Assembly: GCA_965214705.1 (NCBI GenBank)
Contig: CBDCCI010000002.1
Span: forward strand, 1,344,001 to 1,408,000
Length of the DNA: 64,000 bases
Source: Alphaproteobacteria bacterium
GTDB lineage: Bacteria; Pseudomonadota; Alphaproteobacteria; UBA828
Reading direction: 5' to 3'
This document shows, in pieces, positions 29,684-39,411 of this stretch. The position numbers and the translations under genes are program-made. The notes under the pieces are model-generated. The model was not told where the DNA came from. It was given only the letters and a program-made list of their open reading frames with translations, and did not search any database. Each line of letters starts with the position of its first letter. Positions within the stretch are counted from its first letter, which is position 1.

Positions 29684-30182
29684 GAGAGGAGGAAAACTAG
29701 GGAAAGTATTCGACTTGATCATGCTTCACTACTTTATCGATTTGCCAATCGCAAGCGTAGAGAACCCGAAAGAACCCAGAGCAATTTACGGAGACGAACA
29801 CAGTCGGCACGGTATCGCTCCCGATTGCGCGTTTCGACATCGAGACATCAACAGGTCCGTGTTTATCGAAATCAAACAACAATGGGTAAAGGGAAACGCC
29901 CACGAGCGGGCTTGCAAATTCGTGATGCCTGGAATTCTAAACTCGACTAGGCGGATTGGTAATCAGCCTCCGGGATTAATTCCGGTTTGGTGGATTTTTG
30001 CTGACGAGGTCGCTTCCGATTCCCGCGACAGGCGAGAGATATTGCATTGGCTTCAGGGGATCAAGGCCCATGTCTTATTATCGGAGAATATCACAGATAA
30101 AAACCCGTCATCGATCATTTCGAGCAGCACATACAGCCGCTTATTTCGTAAATCGAAAAAGTGGCTAACAACGCATTGCTAG
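29631..30182 (+). pseudogene. MunI-like type II restriction endonuclease, probable C-terminal frameshift
   Basis: WQAVA, GIAPD...IEIKQ (PD-(D/E)xK), GNAHERACK..PG, REI..W resemble R.MunI as recalled; one extra A in the run at 30099-30103 gives a plausible end KPVIDHFEQHIQPLIS* (stop 30151); lower GC. Confidence 0.72.
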
Positions 30183-30457
30183 ACGGGAGAAATGGGATCA
30201 ATCTTGCATCGAGTGCGTGTTCTCGCGCCTGAGCTCAACGGCGTGACATGTGTCAGCGATGCGATCTGCATGGAGGATGTAACGCGCTGCGAGGAGGCGT
30301 CGGCCCGTCCTGTCGGAACCCTGGCAAGGATACCGTTCTCAGTTCGAGGCGTGGTTGAAATCAGTGGGAAGGAAACGTCTATGGATAGAAGCGGCCAAGT
30401 TGTGACTGCGTCGATCGGCGATCGGGGGCGTCGGCTCTCTCGGAACGGAGGCGCTAT

Positions 30458-31699
30458 ATGACACAGGCATCCGGCGGCACCGCCAACACACTGCGCCAGC
30501 ATGGTGCGATGGAGCACAGCAATTCGCCCTGCGATCTCGACGAGATGCGCCACTACCGGCTCGGGCGCGTGCGCGAGGCGCTGGCCGCCCGCGATCTCGC
30601 CGGCATCATCCTCTACGACCCGCTGAACATCCGCTACGCCGCCGATGCGTCAAACATGCAGGTGTGGTGCGCCCACAACGAGGCGCGCTACCTCTACGTG
30701 CCGGCGGAAGGGCCGGTTCGGCTGTTCGAGTTCGGCGGCGGCAGCGACCTGCTCACCGCCGGGCTCCCCACCATCGACGAGGTCCGCGGCGCGACCTATG
30801 TGCTCTATTTCATCGCCGGCGGACGACAGGCGGACAACGCGCGGGCCTGGGCGGCTGAGCTGGACTCGGTGATCCGTGAGCACGCGGGCGGTAACCGGCG
30901 CATCGCCATCGACCGGGTCGGACCGGTGGGCATGATCGAAATGCAGCGCCTCGGCTACGAGATCGTCGACGGCTTCGAGGTGATGGAGAACGCCCGGTCG
31001 ATCAAGTCAGCCGGCGAGATCACCCTGATGCGCCACTCGATTGCGGTGTGCGAGCAGGCCATCGCGCAGATGCGCGAGGCGCTCACGCCCGGCATCACCG
31101 AGAACGCGCTCTGGGCCGAGCTCCATCGCGGCAACATCGCCGGCGGCGGCGAGTGGATCGAGTGTCGACTGCTCGCATCCGGGCCACGCACGAACCCATG
31201 GTTCCGAGAATCCTCGATGCGCGTCATCGAGCGCGGCGACATCGTGGCCTTCGACACGGACCTTGTGGGACCCTACGGCTATTGCTGCGACATCTCGCGC
31301 ACCTGGGTGTGCGACGCGCGCCCGAGCGATGAGCAGCGGCGCATCTACGCCGAGGCCTACGCGCAGGTGCAGGAGAACAAGGCGTTGTTGAAGCCGGGCG
31401 CGACATTCCGTGAACTCACCGAGTTCTCGCGCCCCTTCAGCGACGAGTTCGTCGAGGGCCGCTATTCGGTGTCGATGCACGGGGTAGGGCTCTGCGACGA
31501 ATACCCAGCTATCCTCTACCCGCAAGACTATGAGCCCGGAGACGACGGCGTGCTGGAGGAGGGGATGGTGATTTGCGTTGAAGGCCTCGCCGCTCCCGCC
31601 GGCGGCCGTGAGGCGGTCAAACTCGAAGAGCAGGTGCTGATCACCGCAAACGGCCACGAGCAGCTCTCGTCGTATCCGTTGGAGGAGGACTGGCTGTAG
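30458..31699 (+). CDS. DddP-like M24-fold protein (possible DMSP lyase)
   Basis: DPLNIRYA.D.SNMQ.W, WIECRLLASGPRTNPWF, FDTDLVG.YG...DISRTW, MHGVGLCDEYP, VKLEEQVLIT. Confidence 0.8.
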   Translation: MTQASGGTANTLRQHGAMEHSNSPCDLDEMRHYRLGRVREALAARDLAGIILYDPLNIRYAADASNMQVWCAHNEARYLYVPAEGPVRLFEFGGGSDLLTAGLPTIDEVRGATYVLYFIAGGRQADNARAWAAELDSVIREHAGGNRRIAIDRVGPVGMIEMQRLGYEIVDGFEVMENARSIKSAGEITLMRHSIAVCEQAIAQMREALTPGITENALWAELHRGNIAGGGEWIECRLLASGPRTNPWFRESSMRVIERGDIVAFDTDLVGPYGYCCDISRTWVCDARPSDEQRRIYAEAYAQVQENKALLKPGATFRELTEFSRPFSDEFVEGRYSVSMHGVGLCDEYPAILYPQDYEPGDDGVLEEGMVICVEGLAAPAGGREAVKLEEQVLITANGHEQLSSYPLEEDWL

Positions 31700-31740
31700 C
31701 AGGGGAGGGGGCGAGCGAAATCGCGCAAGCTCGTGTATCC

Positions 31741-32547
31741 ATGAAGCATGTTCTCGACCTTGATCGCTGGCCCATGGACGCGCTGAATGGTGTGCCGGGA
31801 CGGGCGCTGGTCGCCCGTTGCCGCGATGAGCTGCGGGACACAGGCATGTTCAGCCTGCCGGGGCTCATCCGACGGGAGGCGCTTCGGACGTGTGTCACGG
31901 AGGTGGCGCACCTGTTCGACACCGCCGCCTTCACCCACGCCCGCGATCACAACATCTACTTCGACGACGAGATCGAGGGGCTGGAAGCCGGCTACCCGGC
32001 GCTCCGCCGCTTCACCACCGTCAACCGCACGATTTGCGGCGACCAAATCCCGGCCAGCGCCATCGAGCGTGTCTACGAGTGGCAGCCGCTCATTGATTTT
32101 CTGGCGGCGGCGATGGACAAGCCGCAGCTATACCCGATGGCCGACCCTCTCGGCCGGCTCAACGTCATGGCCTACCGGGAAGGGGAGCGGCTCAATTGGC
32201 ACTTCGACCGGGCGGAGTTCACCATCACCGTGCTCCTGCAGGCGCCGCTCGGAGGCGGAGATTTTCAGTACCGCAGCGGGCTGCGGAGCGATACCGACCC
32301 GAACTACGACGGCGTCGGCCGCTTGCTCGCCGGCGACGACGAACGGGTGCGGACGCTGCCGCTCACACCGGGCACGCTCAACGTCTTCAAGGGCAAGAAC
32401 ACGGCGCACAGGGTGACGCCGGTCGAAGGCGACCGCGCCAGGATCATCGCGGTGTTCTCGTACTACGAGACGCCGCACGTCACGTTCAGCGATACTGAGC
32501 GCCTGGGCTTCTACGGCCGGACGACCCCCGCGAGGGCGGAAGCGTAG
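31741..32547 (+). CDS. 2-oxoglutarate/Fe(II) oxygenase (BesD/HalD-like fold, HxD type)
   Basis: LNWHFD...LLQAP.GG.F...AHRVTPV...R facial-triad pattern. Confidence 0.8.
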   Translation: MKHVLDLDRWPMDALNGVPGRALVARCRDELRDTGMFSLPGLIRREALRTCVTEVAHLFDTAAFTHARDHNIYFDDEIEGLEAGYPALRRFTTVNRTICGDQIPASAIERVYEWQPLIDFLAAAMDKPQLYPMADPLGRLNVMAYREGERLNWHFDRAEFTITVLLQAPLGGGDFQYRSGLRSDTDPNYDGVGRLLAGDDERVRTLPLTPGTLNVFKGKNTAHRVTPVEGDRARIIAVFSYYETPHVTFSDTERLGFYGRTTPARAEA

Positions 32548-32647
32548 TCCTACCCTCGCGCACGCAGCCAGGCACCGGCGAGCCGATGACCGTCGCTCTC
32601 TTCTACAACCCGCGCTGCCCCGACTGCGTGCGGCAGGCGGCGCTTAC

Positions 32648-34807
32648 CCCAAGTTGGCACTTTTGTCCTACCCATGTCCTTTATCGTGTTGATGTAACGC
32701 GATATTTCTCTCGGCCGGTTCCAACATGGCACTACATTTTGTTGGATTCTGTCAGTTCGGCAGGCGGGTCCTCGTGCGGTAGATGGCGGGTTCCACGCCC
32801 GCCGCCGAGGAGATTGCGGCAACCTCAGCGGCCGGGCGCGTGTCCTGTCGATTGACGATCAAGGTGCCGTCGGTCTGGCGCAGGCGCGTGGTGATCCGCA
32901 CCCAGGTCCGCATGCTCTCGCGGATCGATGCCCAGCACTTGTGGATGTCCCGCGCGGCCAGCCGGGAACGGATCAGATGCACGGCGTGGTAGGCCAGCAC
33001 GGCGATCAGCAGGTGGGCCGCGATGCGCCGGTCGAGCTGGTGCCAGATCGGGCGAAGGCCGAGTTCGGATTTCAGGCTTCGGAATGTCGCCTCGATATCC
33101 GTGATCCGCCAGTACGTCCGCAGGACCGTCTCGATATCCCAGTCGACGTGGCTGGTGCGCAGCACATAGGCGCCCGCGCCCTCATCGGCCTCGTCGTATC
33201 GCGGCCTGCGCTTGAAGCGCACGGCGGTGGCATTGGGGCCGGTGTCCGCCTTCTCGACCGTGATCTCGTAGTGCCTGGCGACGGCGGAGAAGCGCTGCTT
33301 GAGGCGGCCTATGCTCTCCAGCACCTTGTCGTAGCGCTTGAGGCGGCCCTTGACCGCAAGGCCGCCGTGGAGCCTTTGCAGCGCCGCCTCGAAGCGGTTC
33401 CGCCTCAGGCCGATGATCGCGTTCTCGGCCTTCTTCTTGCCCTCGCTGACGACGTAGAGCCGCGCCTCGCCGTCCTCGCTGGCAAGCCGCCAGGCCCGCA
33501 CCTCGTGGCGCGCGCTGGTGATCAGCAGGGCCTCGGGTCCGCCCTCGGGCGGCGCAGGCCTGGCACCGCGGCTGACCGCGATCCAGTCGTAGCCCTGCTC
33601 GCCCAGCCAGACGATGTTCTCCTCGGTGGCGATGCCCGCGTCCATGACCACCGTGGGCTTCGCCGCCGTGCCGCCGCATACCGCCTCGAGCCGGGCCAGC
33701 GCCTCGTGCAGCGTGCCCGGCTCGCTCACGTTGCCGGGCAGGATCTCGCAACTGCGCGGGAAGCCCGCACCGTCGAGCGCCAGCGCCAGCGTGATGAGGG
33801 GACAGTCGTCGCGCTTCTGCTTGGAGCGCCCGAACCTGGGAAGCTCGCCGTCGGTGTGGCCGTGGTAGTGGACGTTGGTGAGATCGTAGAAGGCGATCGT
33901 CTCGGGCAGGTCGAGCAGCGCGCGCTCACGGTTGAACAGTTCCCTCTGGATGGCGGCCCGGTGGCGCCAGAGCAGGTCGCCGATGCGGTAGAGCGTCTTG
34001 CGCCGCAGCGCCTTGCGGTCGCCCTCCAGGCCCAGGAGCTCGGCGGCCGCGCTGTCGTGGCGGAGCCAGCGGCTGGTATCACGCTCGCTGGCGGGATGGA
34101 CCATCCTGGCGACGATCAGCGCGCTGGCGATGCGTCCGTCGCGGCCCTTGATGTCGAGGCCGTGGAGGATTTCGGCGAAGCCAAGGTCGTCGAGGGCCTT
34201 GAGGCACAGGCGCTCGCAGCCGACGGTGCGCGGGTTCTCATGCTCCAGGGTATCGAGGTCGACGGTGGCGATCTCGGGCTTGCGCGCCTCTTCCTGCATC
34301 GCCTCGGCACGGAACCCCCTGGCCCTGAGCTTGGCGACGATGTCCTCGGCTGCGGCCTGCACGTCCGGGACGGCTTGGAGCAGCGGCGGGCGGCCGTGCA
34401 GCAGCGCCTCGGCGAGTTCGGCCACTTCGCGCCATTTCTCCTTCGGCACCGGATAGTCGGTGCCGAGGTTGAGGAGCGTGCGCTGCCTGACCTTGTCGCC
34501 GATGCGCTGGGAGAGCACGAGGCGATGGCTTCGGACGGGCTTGCCGTCGGTGGTGTGGGTCTTGGTTGCCCTGATGAACATGTCGCCCGTCGCGAGATTG
34601 TTGCGAGGGGCCAAGATTTGTCGGCTTGGGGTCTGGGGTCAAGGGAAAATCGTCAATACCTAACAACTCCTGGCACTACAACGCGCTTCCAGCGCCTCAA
34701 TTACACATATAGTGGCATCATCTCGGAGCTACCCCAATATGTGGTACTTCGGTCCGCAAAATATGGGCAGACCGGCATTGAGCAACCGGAAAAAGTGCCA
34801 ACTTGGG
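32648..34807 (-). mobile_element. IS1634-family insertion sequence, 2160 bp
   Basis: 17-bp perfect TIR CCCAAGTTGGCACTTTT; flanking TTAC duplication at 32644-32647 and 34808-34811. Confidence 0.92.
32752..34581 (-). CDS. IS1634-family DDE transposase
   Basis: KVRQRTLLNLG, FYDLTN, FGRSKQKRDDC, VVMDAGI, IEATFRSLKSELGLRPIWH. Confidence 0.93.
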   Translation of the reverse strand: MFIRATKTHTTDGKPVRSHRLVLSQRIGDKVRQRTLLNLGTDYPVPKEKWREVAELAEALLHGRPPLLQAVPDVQAAAEDIVAKLRARGFRAEAMQEEARKPEIATVDLDTLEHENPRTVGCERLCLKALDDLGFAEILHGLDIKGRDGRIASALIVARMVHPASERDTSRWLRHDSAAAELLGLEGDRKALRRKTLYRIGDLLWRHRAAIQRELFNRERALLDLPETIAFYDLTNVHYHGHTDGELPRFGRSKQKRDDCPLITLALALDGAGFPRSCEILPGNVSEPGTLHEALARLEAVCGGTAAKPTVVMDAGIATEENIVWLGEQGYDWIAVSRGARPAPPEGGPEALLITSARHEVRAWRLASEDGEARLYVVSEGKKKAENAIIGLRRNRFEAALQRLHGGLAVKGRLKRYDKVLESIGRLKQRFSAVARHYEITVEKADTGPNATAVRFKRRPRYDEADEGAGAYVLRTSHVDWDIETVLRTYWRITDIEATFRSLKSELGLRPIWHQLDRRIAAHLLIAVLAYHAVHLIRSRLAARDIHKCWASIRESMRTWVRITTRLRQTDGTLIVNRQDTRPAAEVAAISSAAGVEPAIYRTRTRLPN

Positions 34808-35080
34808 TTACGGCGCGCATGGACTGGCTGGGCCGGATCGAGCTGCGGACTGATGATTCACCCCTGGGCGAAGTCCCCGTTGGCGAGATCGTCGTGGTGG
34901 ACAAGCAGCGCAGCAAGGTCTTCACGGGCGTCTACGCCACGCGCCAAGTGTGCCTGCAGGTTCCCCTACTATTTCTGTATGGGCTCGCGCTCTACCTGCC
35001 GCCACTCCGCCTCCTCTTTGGGCGCGAGAAGCAGGGCTGCAACGGCGACGCTTGCGAAATCTGACTGAGACCACTGCCGC

Positions 35081-36298
35081 TCAGGCAGCGCCGTTGGCTT
35101 CCGCCGCCTCCGTCATCTTCCGTGCCACCCAGCGATAGAAGCAGTGGGTGGTGCGCTCCAGGGCGGGGGAGAGCACGCCGCCCTTGTAGGCCGGTGAGGC
35201 GCGGCCGCGCTGCATGCCTTCCACGACAAAGCGGTCTTCCAGGAAAATGCCGCGCCACAGGTCCTTGTTGGCCGCTCGCAGCTCGGCGCAGCCCTCGCCC
35301 ATGGCCTCGTCGGCAAAGTAATAGAGGTCGACATGTTCGATGGTGCGCCCGGTGCCCGCCGGCATCAGCGTGCCGACGAAGCAGTGATCGGCGTGGACGC
35401 CGAACACCGCAGTCGGAAACAGCGCGACGTATTCGGCCGTCCCGTGCCAGCGCTCCAGCAGGCCCGGCATGGTCGGCAAGCCGTTTCCGTTTTCCACGAG
35501 CTGCGGCCGGTAGGCGGTGCTGCCCTGCCCGGCGTAGCCGTCATCCTCCTCTGCGATCTGGTAGTGATCTTCGAGCCGCGAATAGCTGTTGAGGCTCGGG
35601 TGGATCCACGGCAGGTGGTAGGCCTCGCAAAAGTTCTCCACCGCGAGCTTCCAGTTGCACGCGACGTCCAGGGTGAAGGAGGAGTCACTCTCCTTGTAGT
35701 GCAGATCGGCGTCGTCGAAGTCTTTCCAGCGCTCGGCCACCGGCGCGATGAAGCTCTCGAACGGCGGCGCATCGCCACTCAGGTTGACGAAAATGGCGTC
35801 GAACCAGGTGGCCGTCCGCACCGGCTTGAGCCCGTGCTTGGCCCACTCGAAGCCCTCGCAGGTGTTCTTGTCGGTGCCGCCAATCATGGGCGTAGAGCAA
35901 AGCGAGCCGTCCAGATCGTAGGTCCAGGAATGGTAGGGACAGCGGATCGTGCTGCGCCTCCGCGCGGGATCCTCCAGCAGCATCATGCCCCGGTGACTAC
36001 ACACGTTGTGGAAGACGCGAACCTCTTCGTCGCGCCCGCGTACCATGAAGAGGGGCAGGCCGGCGAACTCAAGCGGCATGGCATCGCCGGCGTCGGGCAC
36101 GCGCCTGCCGGTGCCGATGCAGGCCCAGGTTCGGGCAAGCAGAACGTCCTGCTCCCACTCGGCAAATTCGTCCGAGACGTAGGCCTCGTTTGGCAGTCCG
36201 CTTGCCCACTCCTCGATGGGTCGCACCACGTTCGCGAGAGTGGTGCTCACGCCCGTGCTGCTTTCCCACCAATGGTCTGTCATGGTCGTGTTCTCCAC
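35081..36298 (-). CDS. Rieske oxygenase alpha subunit, choline-monooxygenase/betaine-demethylase-like
   Basis: NVCSHRG...CPYHSW, NWKLAVENFCEAYHLPWIHP, EDRFVVEGMQRG; no beta subunit adjacent. Confidence 0.88.
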   Translation of the reverse strand: MENTTMTDHWWESSTGVSTTLANVVRPIEEWASGLPNEAYVSDEFAEWEQDVLLARTWACIGTGRRVPDAGDAMPLEFAGLPLFMVRGRDEEVRVFHNVCSHRGMMLLEDPARRRSTIRCPYHSWTYDLDGSLCSTPMIGGTDKNTCEGFEWAKHGLKPVRTATWFDAIFVNLSGDAPPFESFIAPVAERWKDFDDADLHYKESDSSFTLDVACNWKLAVENFCEAYHLPWIHPSLNSYSRLEDHYQIAEEDDGYAGQGSTAYRPQLVENGNGLPTMPGLLERWHGTAEYVALFPTAVFGVHADHCFVGTLMPAGTGRTIEHVDLYYFADEAMGEGCAELRAANKDLWRGIFLEDRFVVEGMQRGRASPAYKGGVLSPALERTTHCFYRWVARKMTEAAEANGAA

Positions 36299-37016
36299 GT
36301 GTGCCGGGGGCCGCGTCCACCCTGCAACTCAAGCTATCGCGGCGCGGACCATCACGACTACTGCGAATCCGCATCAATTTGTCGCGATTGCGACGCTGGT
36401 GGGCGCCTTCTAACTGGGCAATGCAAGCGCTGAAGGCGGTCCACCGACTGGCAATCGAGGAGCGGCCTGCCGCGACACGCAGTTCGGCCTCGAATGCACT
36501 AGCCCGCATTTCTCACCAAGGAATCCCTGAAAGAGAGAGTGGAGATATACGTGTTTGATCAATGAGTTGGAAGGCGGTTTCCCGGTTCGCGGGAACGCGA
36601 AACAGGAAAATATTCACCAAATAAGCACCGCGAAAAGATTTCAGTCCAGTCCTGACTTTCATGTTCCGCCGAGATCCTCGGTGAAGCAGGTGGCGAAAAC
36701 CTCCCCATCCGCCGCGGACCGTGGCGGAACGATACGGAACTGGCCCGGTTCATCGCCGCTGCCGAGCGCGTCTCAATGCCCGCCTTCTTGGCAGCCCCAC
36801 ACATTCTGCCGGGCGTAACCAACCAAACCGCTTATGCACATAGCTCCGGTTGCGGGAGTTTGTCGCCACATGTTGCGGCCTCAGGCCAACCTCGACGAGT
36901 TCTTATCAACATATTGGTCAAGCCGGAAGCAAGTGCATAAGCGGTCCGACCAAAACAGATTGCGCTGGTCGAAGCTGCATCACATCACGTCGCCAGCTCG
37001 CGCCGCTGTGCCGCCA

Positions 37017-38171
37017 TCACTCGCGATGAAGAGCAGAATGCGCCGCCAAGCGTTCGATGAATTGCCTCTTTCGTTCGTGCCTCAGCCGGATGGCGTCCAG
37101 TCGGTTGAAGAAGCCCGCCACCGTTCCGTTCTCCTCCGCCAGCGCCTTCAAGTCGAGGAGCAACTCCGTCGCCCGGTCGTAGCTCTTGGCGTTGCGCTTG
37201 CCGACTTCACTCTCGACCTCGCGCCACACGGCCTCGCCTCGATGTCGAAGTGCGTCGAGACGCGCGCGGCGCGCGTCTTGCGCTTCCCGTTCCTGCCGCC
37301 GGCGCTCGGCCTCGCGCTCCTCCGCCTCTGCGGCCTGTCGTTCTTCGCGAATGGCGGCTGCACGCGAGCGCAGATCGGATACCGTCCGAAATTCATTTCG
37401 CGCGGCTCCCGTCGCAGGCGATACTGCCTCCCGCACCCTTCTACGCAACTCCGCTGTCGCAAGCGGGTCGCCCTCGAAGAATCGGCGAAGCAACTCCGTC
37501 CTTTCGTCATCCGGGATGGAACCGAGCGCGGCAAGGGTGACTTCGGACGAGAGTTCGCCAAGCTCGGCATGCTCGGTCGTTTCGGCGGCCGCTCGGACAA
37601 GATCGAGGTCCATTCGGAAGAATCTGGCGAAGGCCTCCAGGCCACCGGTCAGCGGACCGATGCCCGCGAGCGGCTCCAACGCGTCATCTCGCAGCCCACC
37701 GCCGTCTACCGCCGCCAACCAGAGGAGATACGGCAGGCGCCAATCGCCGGAGAGCAGATCGGACCGAAGCGGTGCAAGAGCGCCAAGCCAGCCGGAGCCA
37801 TCGTCCCAGCCGTCGTAATCTGCCTCCTCACCATCGTCGCATACGTCGAGGATCAGGTGCTCGTCCAACTCGATGATTTCGCCGAGATCGCAGCCGTACA
37901 GGAAGGACTCAAGGCGGGATTGATCGACGAGCCGTTTGGGCAGCCGGATCATCAGTCGGCGCGTTCCCCAGTTCGCCAGATAGAGATGCACATCGAACCA
38001 GAGTTCCATGAGCAACCTCGGATTGCCCTTGAAGTCTCCCCACTCATAGTGATTGGTGAAGCTCGTGGCCGTGATCCGTGCCCGCGTCGAAAGCGTCCGC
38101 AACGCCTCCATGTCAGCCTCGCTGAGCGGGCGGTCTATCGCCTGGAACTCGTAGTACTGATATTCGCTCAC
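37017..38171 (-). CDS. Conserved hypothetical protein with C-terminal coiled coil
   Basis: Starts (M)SEYQYYEFQAIDRPL at GTG 38171; protein-like composition; charged helical tail. Confidence 0.75.
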   Translation of the reverse strand: MSEYQYYEFQAIDRPLSEADMEALRTLSTRARITATSFTNHYEWGDFKGNPRLLMELWFDVHLYLANWGTRRLMIRLPKRLVDQSRLESFLYGCDLGEIIELDEHLILDVCDDGEEADYDGWDDGSGWLGALAPLRSDLLSGDWRLPYLLWLAAVDGGGLRDDALEPLAGIGPLTGGLEAFARFFRMDLDLVRAAAETTEHAELGELSSEVTLAALGSIPDDERTELLRRFFEGDPLATAELRRRVREAVSPATGAARNEFRTVSDLRSRAAAIREERQAAEAEEREAERRRQEREAQDARRARLDALRHRGEAVWREVESEVGKRNAKSYDRATELLLDLKALAEENGTVAGFFNRLDAIRLRHERKRQFIERLAAHSALHRE

Positions 38172-38301
38172 GCCTTGTCGTTCCAGATAGCCGCGACCGT
38201 CCGTAGAACATGTACGTGGAGGACGCTCGCGCGTCAATCAAAGTGAAGATTACCGGTGCCAGCCGCGGGCGCGCGATCGCGGTCGCTGACGGAATCGCAA
38301 G

Positions 38302-38853
38302 GTAGGGTCGGGGGCTGACGCGCCAGCGTTAGGGGCTGGTGGCTGTTCCGGTGCTTTCGCGCCGGGCCGCAGTCCGACTCCCGTGACCGTGTTTCCAGTC
38401 CACCGCTCATCAAACCGGACGTGCGGTTTTCCCGCATCCGGCTTTCAGACGAGATCATGCCATCGCCCTCGGAAGGCCCATGGACTGCCGCGTCAGACGG
38501 ACGAGCACGTATTCGCCGTATAGCCTCTGGTCCGGGAAGCGCACGTGTTTCCCGCGCTGCGTCTGATGCTTTCGACAGAGCCATTGGCGATCTAGCCGCC
38601 TACCAGCGTGTCGGTTGATCGTGCTGTAGGCCGGGGCTGGCCTGCCCCAGGCTGAAGTAGTTGGCCCACCCGATCATGGTGCGGTTCAGACGGTCCGCCA
38701 TTTCCTCGGGCGACCGTCCGCCGTACCCACCCGCTTCCATATCGCTGATCTTGCGGCATATGCTTCGGACGCTGGCCTTGCCGGGCCGGGGCCGACGTAT
38801 GCTCCCGTCCCTTGGGGTCGATAGTTGCGCCCAATGCGGTATCTTAGGAACTC
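38302..38853 (-). mobile_element. Group II intron 3' remnant (frameshifted maturase tail plus domains V-VI)
   Basis: Domain V GAAAGCCGGATGCGGGAAAACCGCACGTCCGGTTTGATGAGCGG (38446-38403); DVI ending CCGACCCTAC; broken ORF EFLRY...LNRTMIGWANYF...RQWLCRKH. Confidence 0.88.
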
Positions 38854-39133
38854 ACCATCACCCTAAAGATGATCCCGATCATGATCACCGTCGCTGCGGG
38901 AGCCGCCACCTCCGACAACTCGTTGTGTTGGTGTCGCTTATTCGATAGCCGCTCCACCAGCCCCACACGCAGCCCAACACCGGAACTCGGAACGTGGCGG
39001 ATCTTGAGGGTTGGCTTGCTACAGAATTCGGGCACTGCCGTCGCGTATGAAACGGTGACCTTGCTTCTCCGGTTTAGCTTGAACATGCGAGCGCCCCGGG
39101 TCGGAGCCTCACGGCCTCGAGCGCCGGTGGCGA

Positions 39134-39346
39134 TCAGCGGTCGCTGCGGTCTCCGTGCGAGACAGGCCTGCCGGCAGCCCACTCGTCGAGGTCCACCACG
39201 CGCCATCTCACGCTGCGCTTGCCGATCTTCACCGGCTCCGGGAAGCGTCCGGCGCGCATCTCGCAATAGATCCAGCTGCGCGAGACGCCGAAGCGCTCCT
39301 CGACTTCCTCGCGGTGCAGCAACTCGCGCACCATGGCGTTGCCCAT
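39134..39346 (-). CDS. alpA: AlpA-family regulator / excisionase-like
   Basis: EVEERFGVSRSWIY..MRAGRFPEPVKIGKRSVRW; GGAGG RBS. Confidence 0.9.
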   Translation of the reverse strand: MGNAMVRELLHREEVEERFGVSRSWIYCEMRAGRFPEPVKIGKRSVRWRVVDLDEWAAGRPVSHGDRSDR

Positions 39347-39411
39347 CACAGGTTTCCTCCTGTTTCGTCGCGGCAGGGTTGGCATTCCCCGCCGCTTTCT
39401 CTCCACCGCGG

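Larger units (their letters stand above)
32586..35064 (+). pseudogene. Small CxxC (DCC/thioredoxin-like) gene split by IS1634
   Basis: 5' part MTVALFYNPRCPDCVRQAAL (32586-32647) joins in frame with TARMDWLGRI...GCNGDACEI* (34812-35064); 104 aa when restored. Confidence 0.8.

Noticed and set aside
31741-32547. Radical halogenase call for the BesD-like protein
   Set aside because: Has HFD; halogenases replace the carboxylate ligand with Gly or Ala.
32941-35064. 707-aa plus-strand ORF
   Set aside because: Mostly antisense to the IS1634 transposase; only the last 83 codons belong to the split CxxC gene.
36300-37016. Junction region as an RNA gene or att site
   Set aside because: No tRNA fold, convincing ORF or repeat recognised by eye; the boundary remains unlocated.
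38941-38959. TTCGATAGCCGCTCCACCA as a tRNA/tmRNA 3'-end att remnant
   Set aside because: Too short between TTCGA and CCA for a T-stem plus acceptor stem, and no second copy seen in the window.
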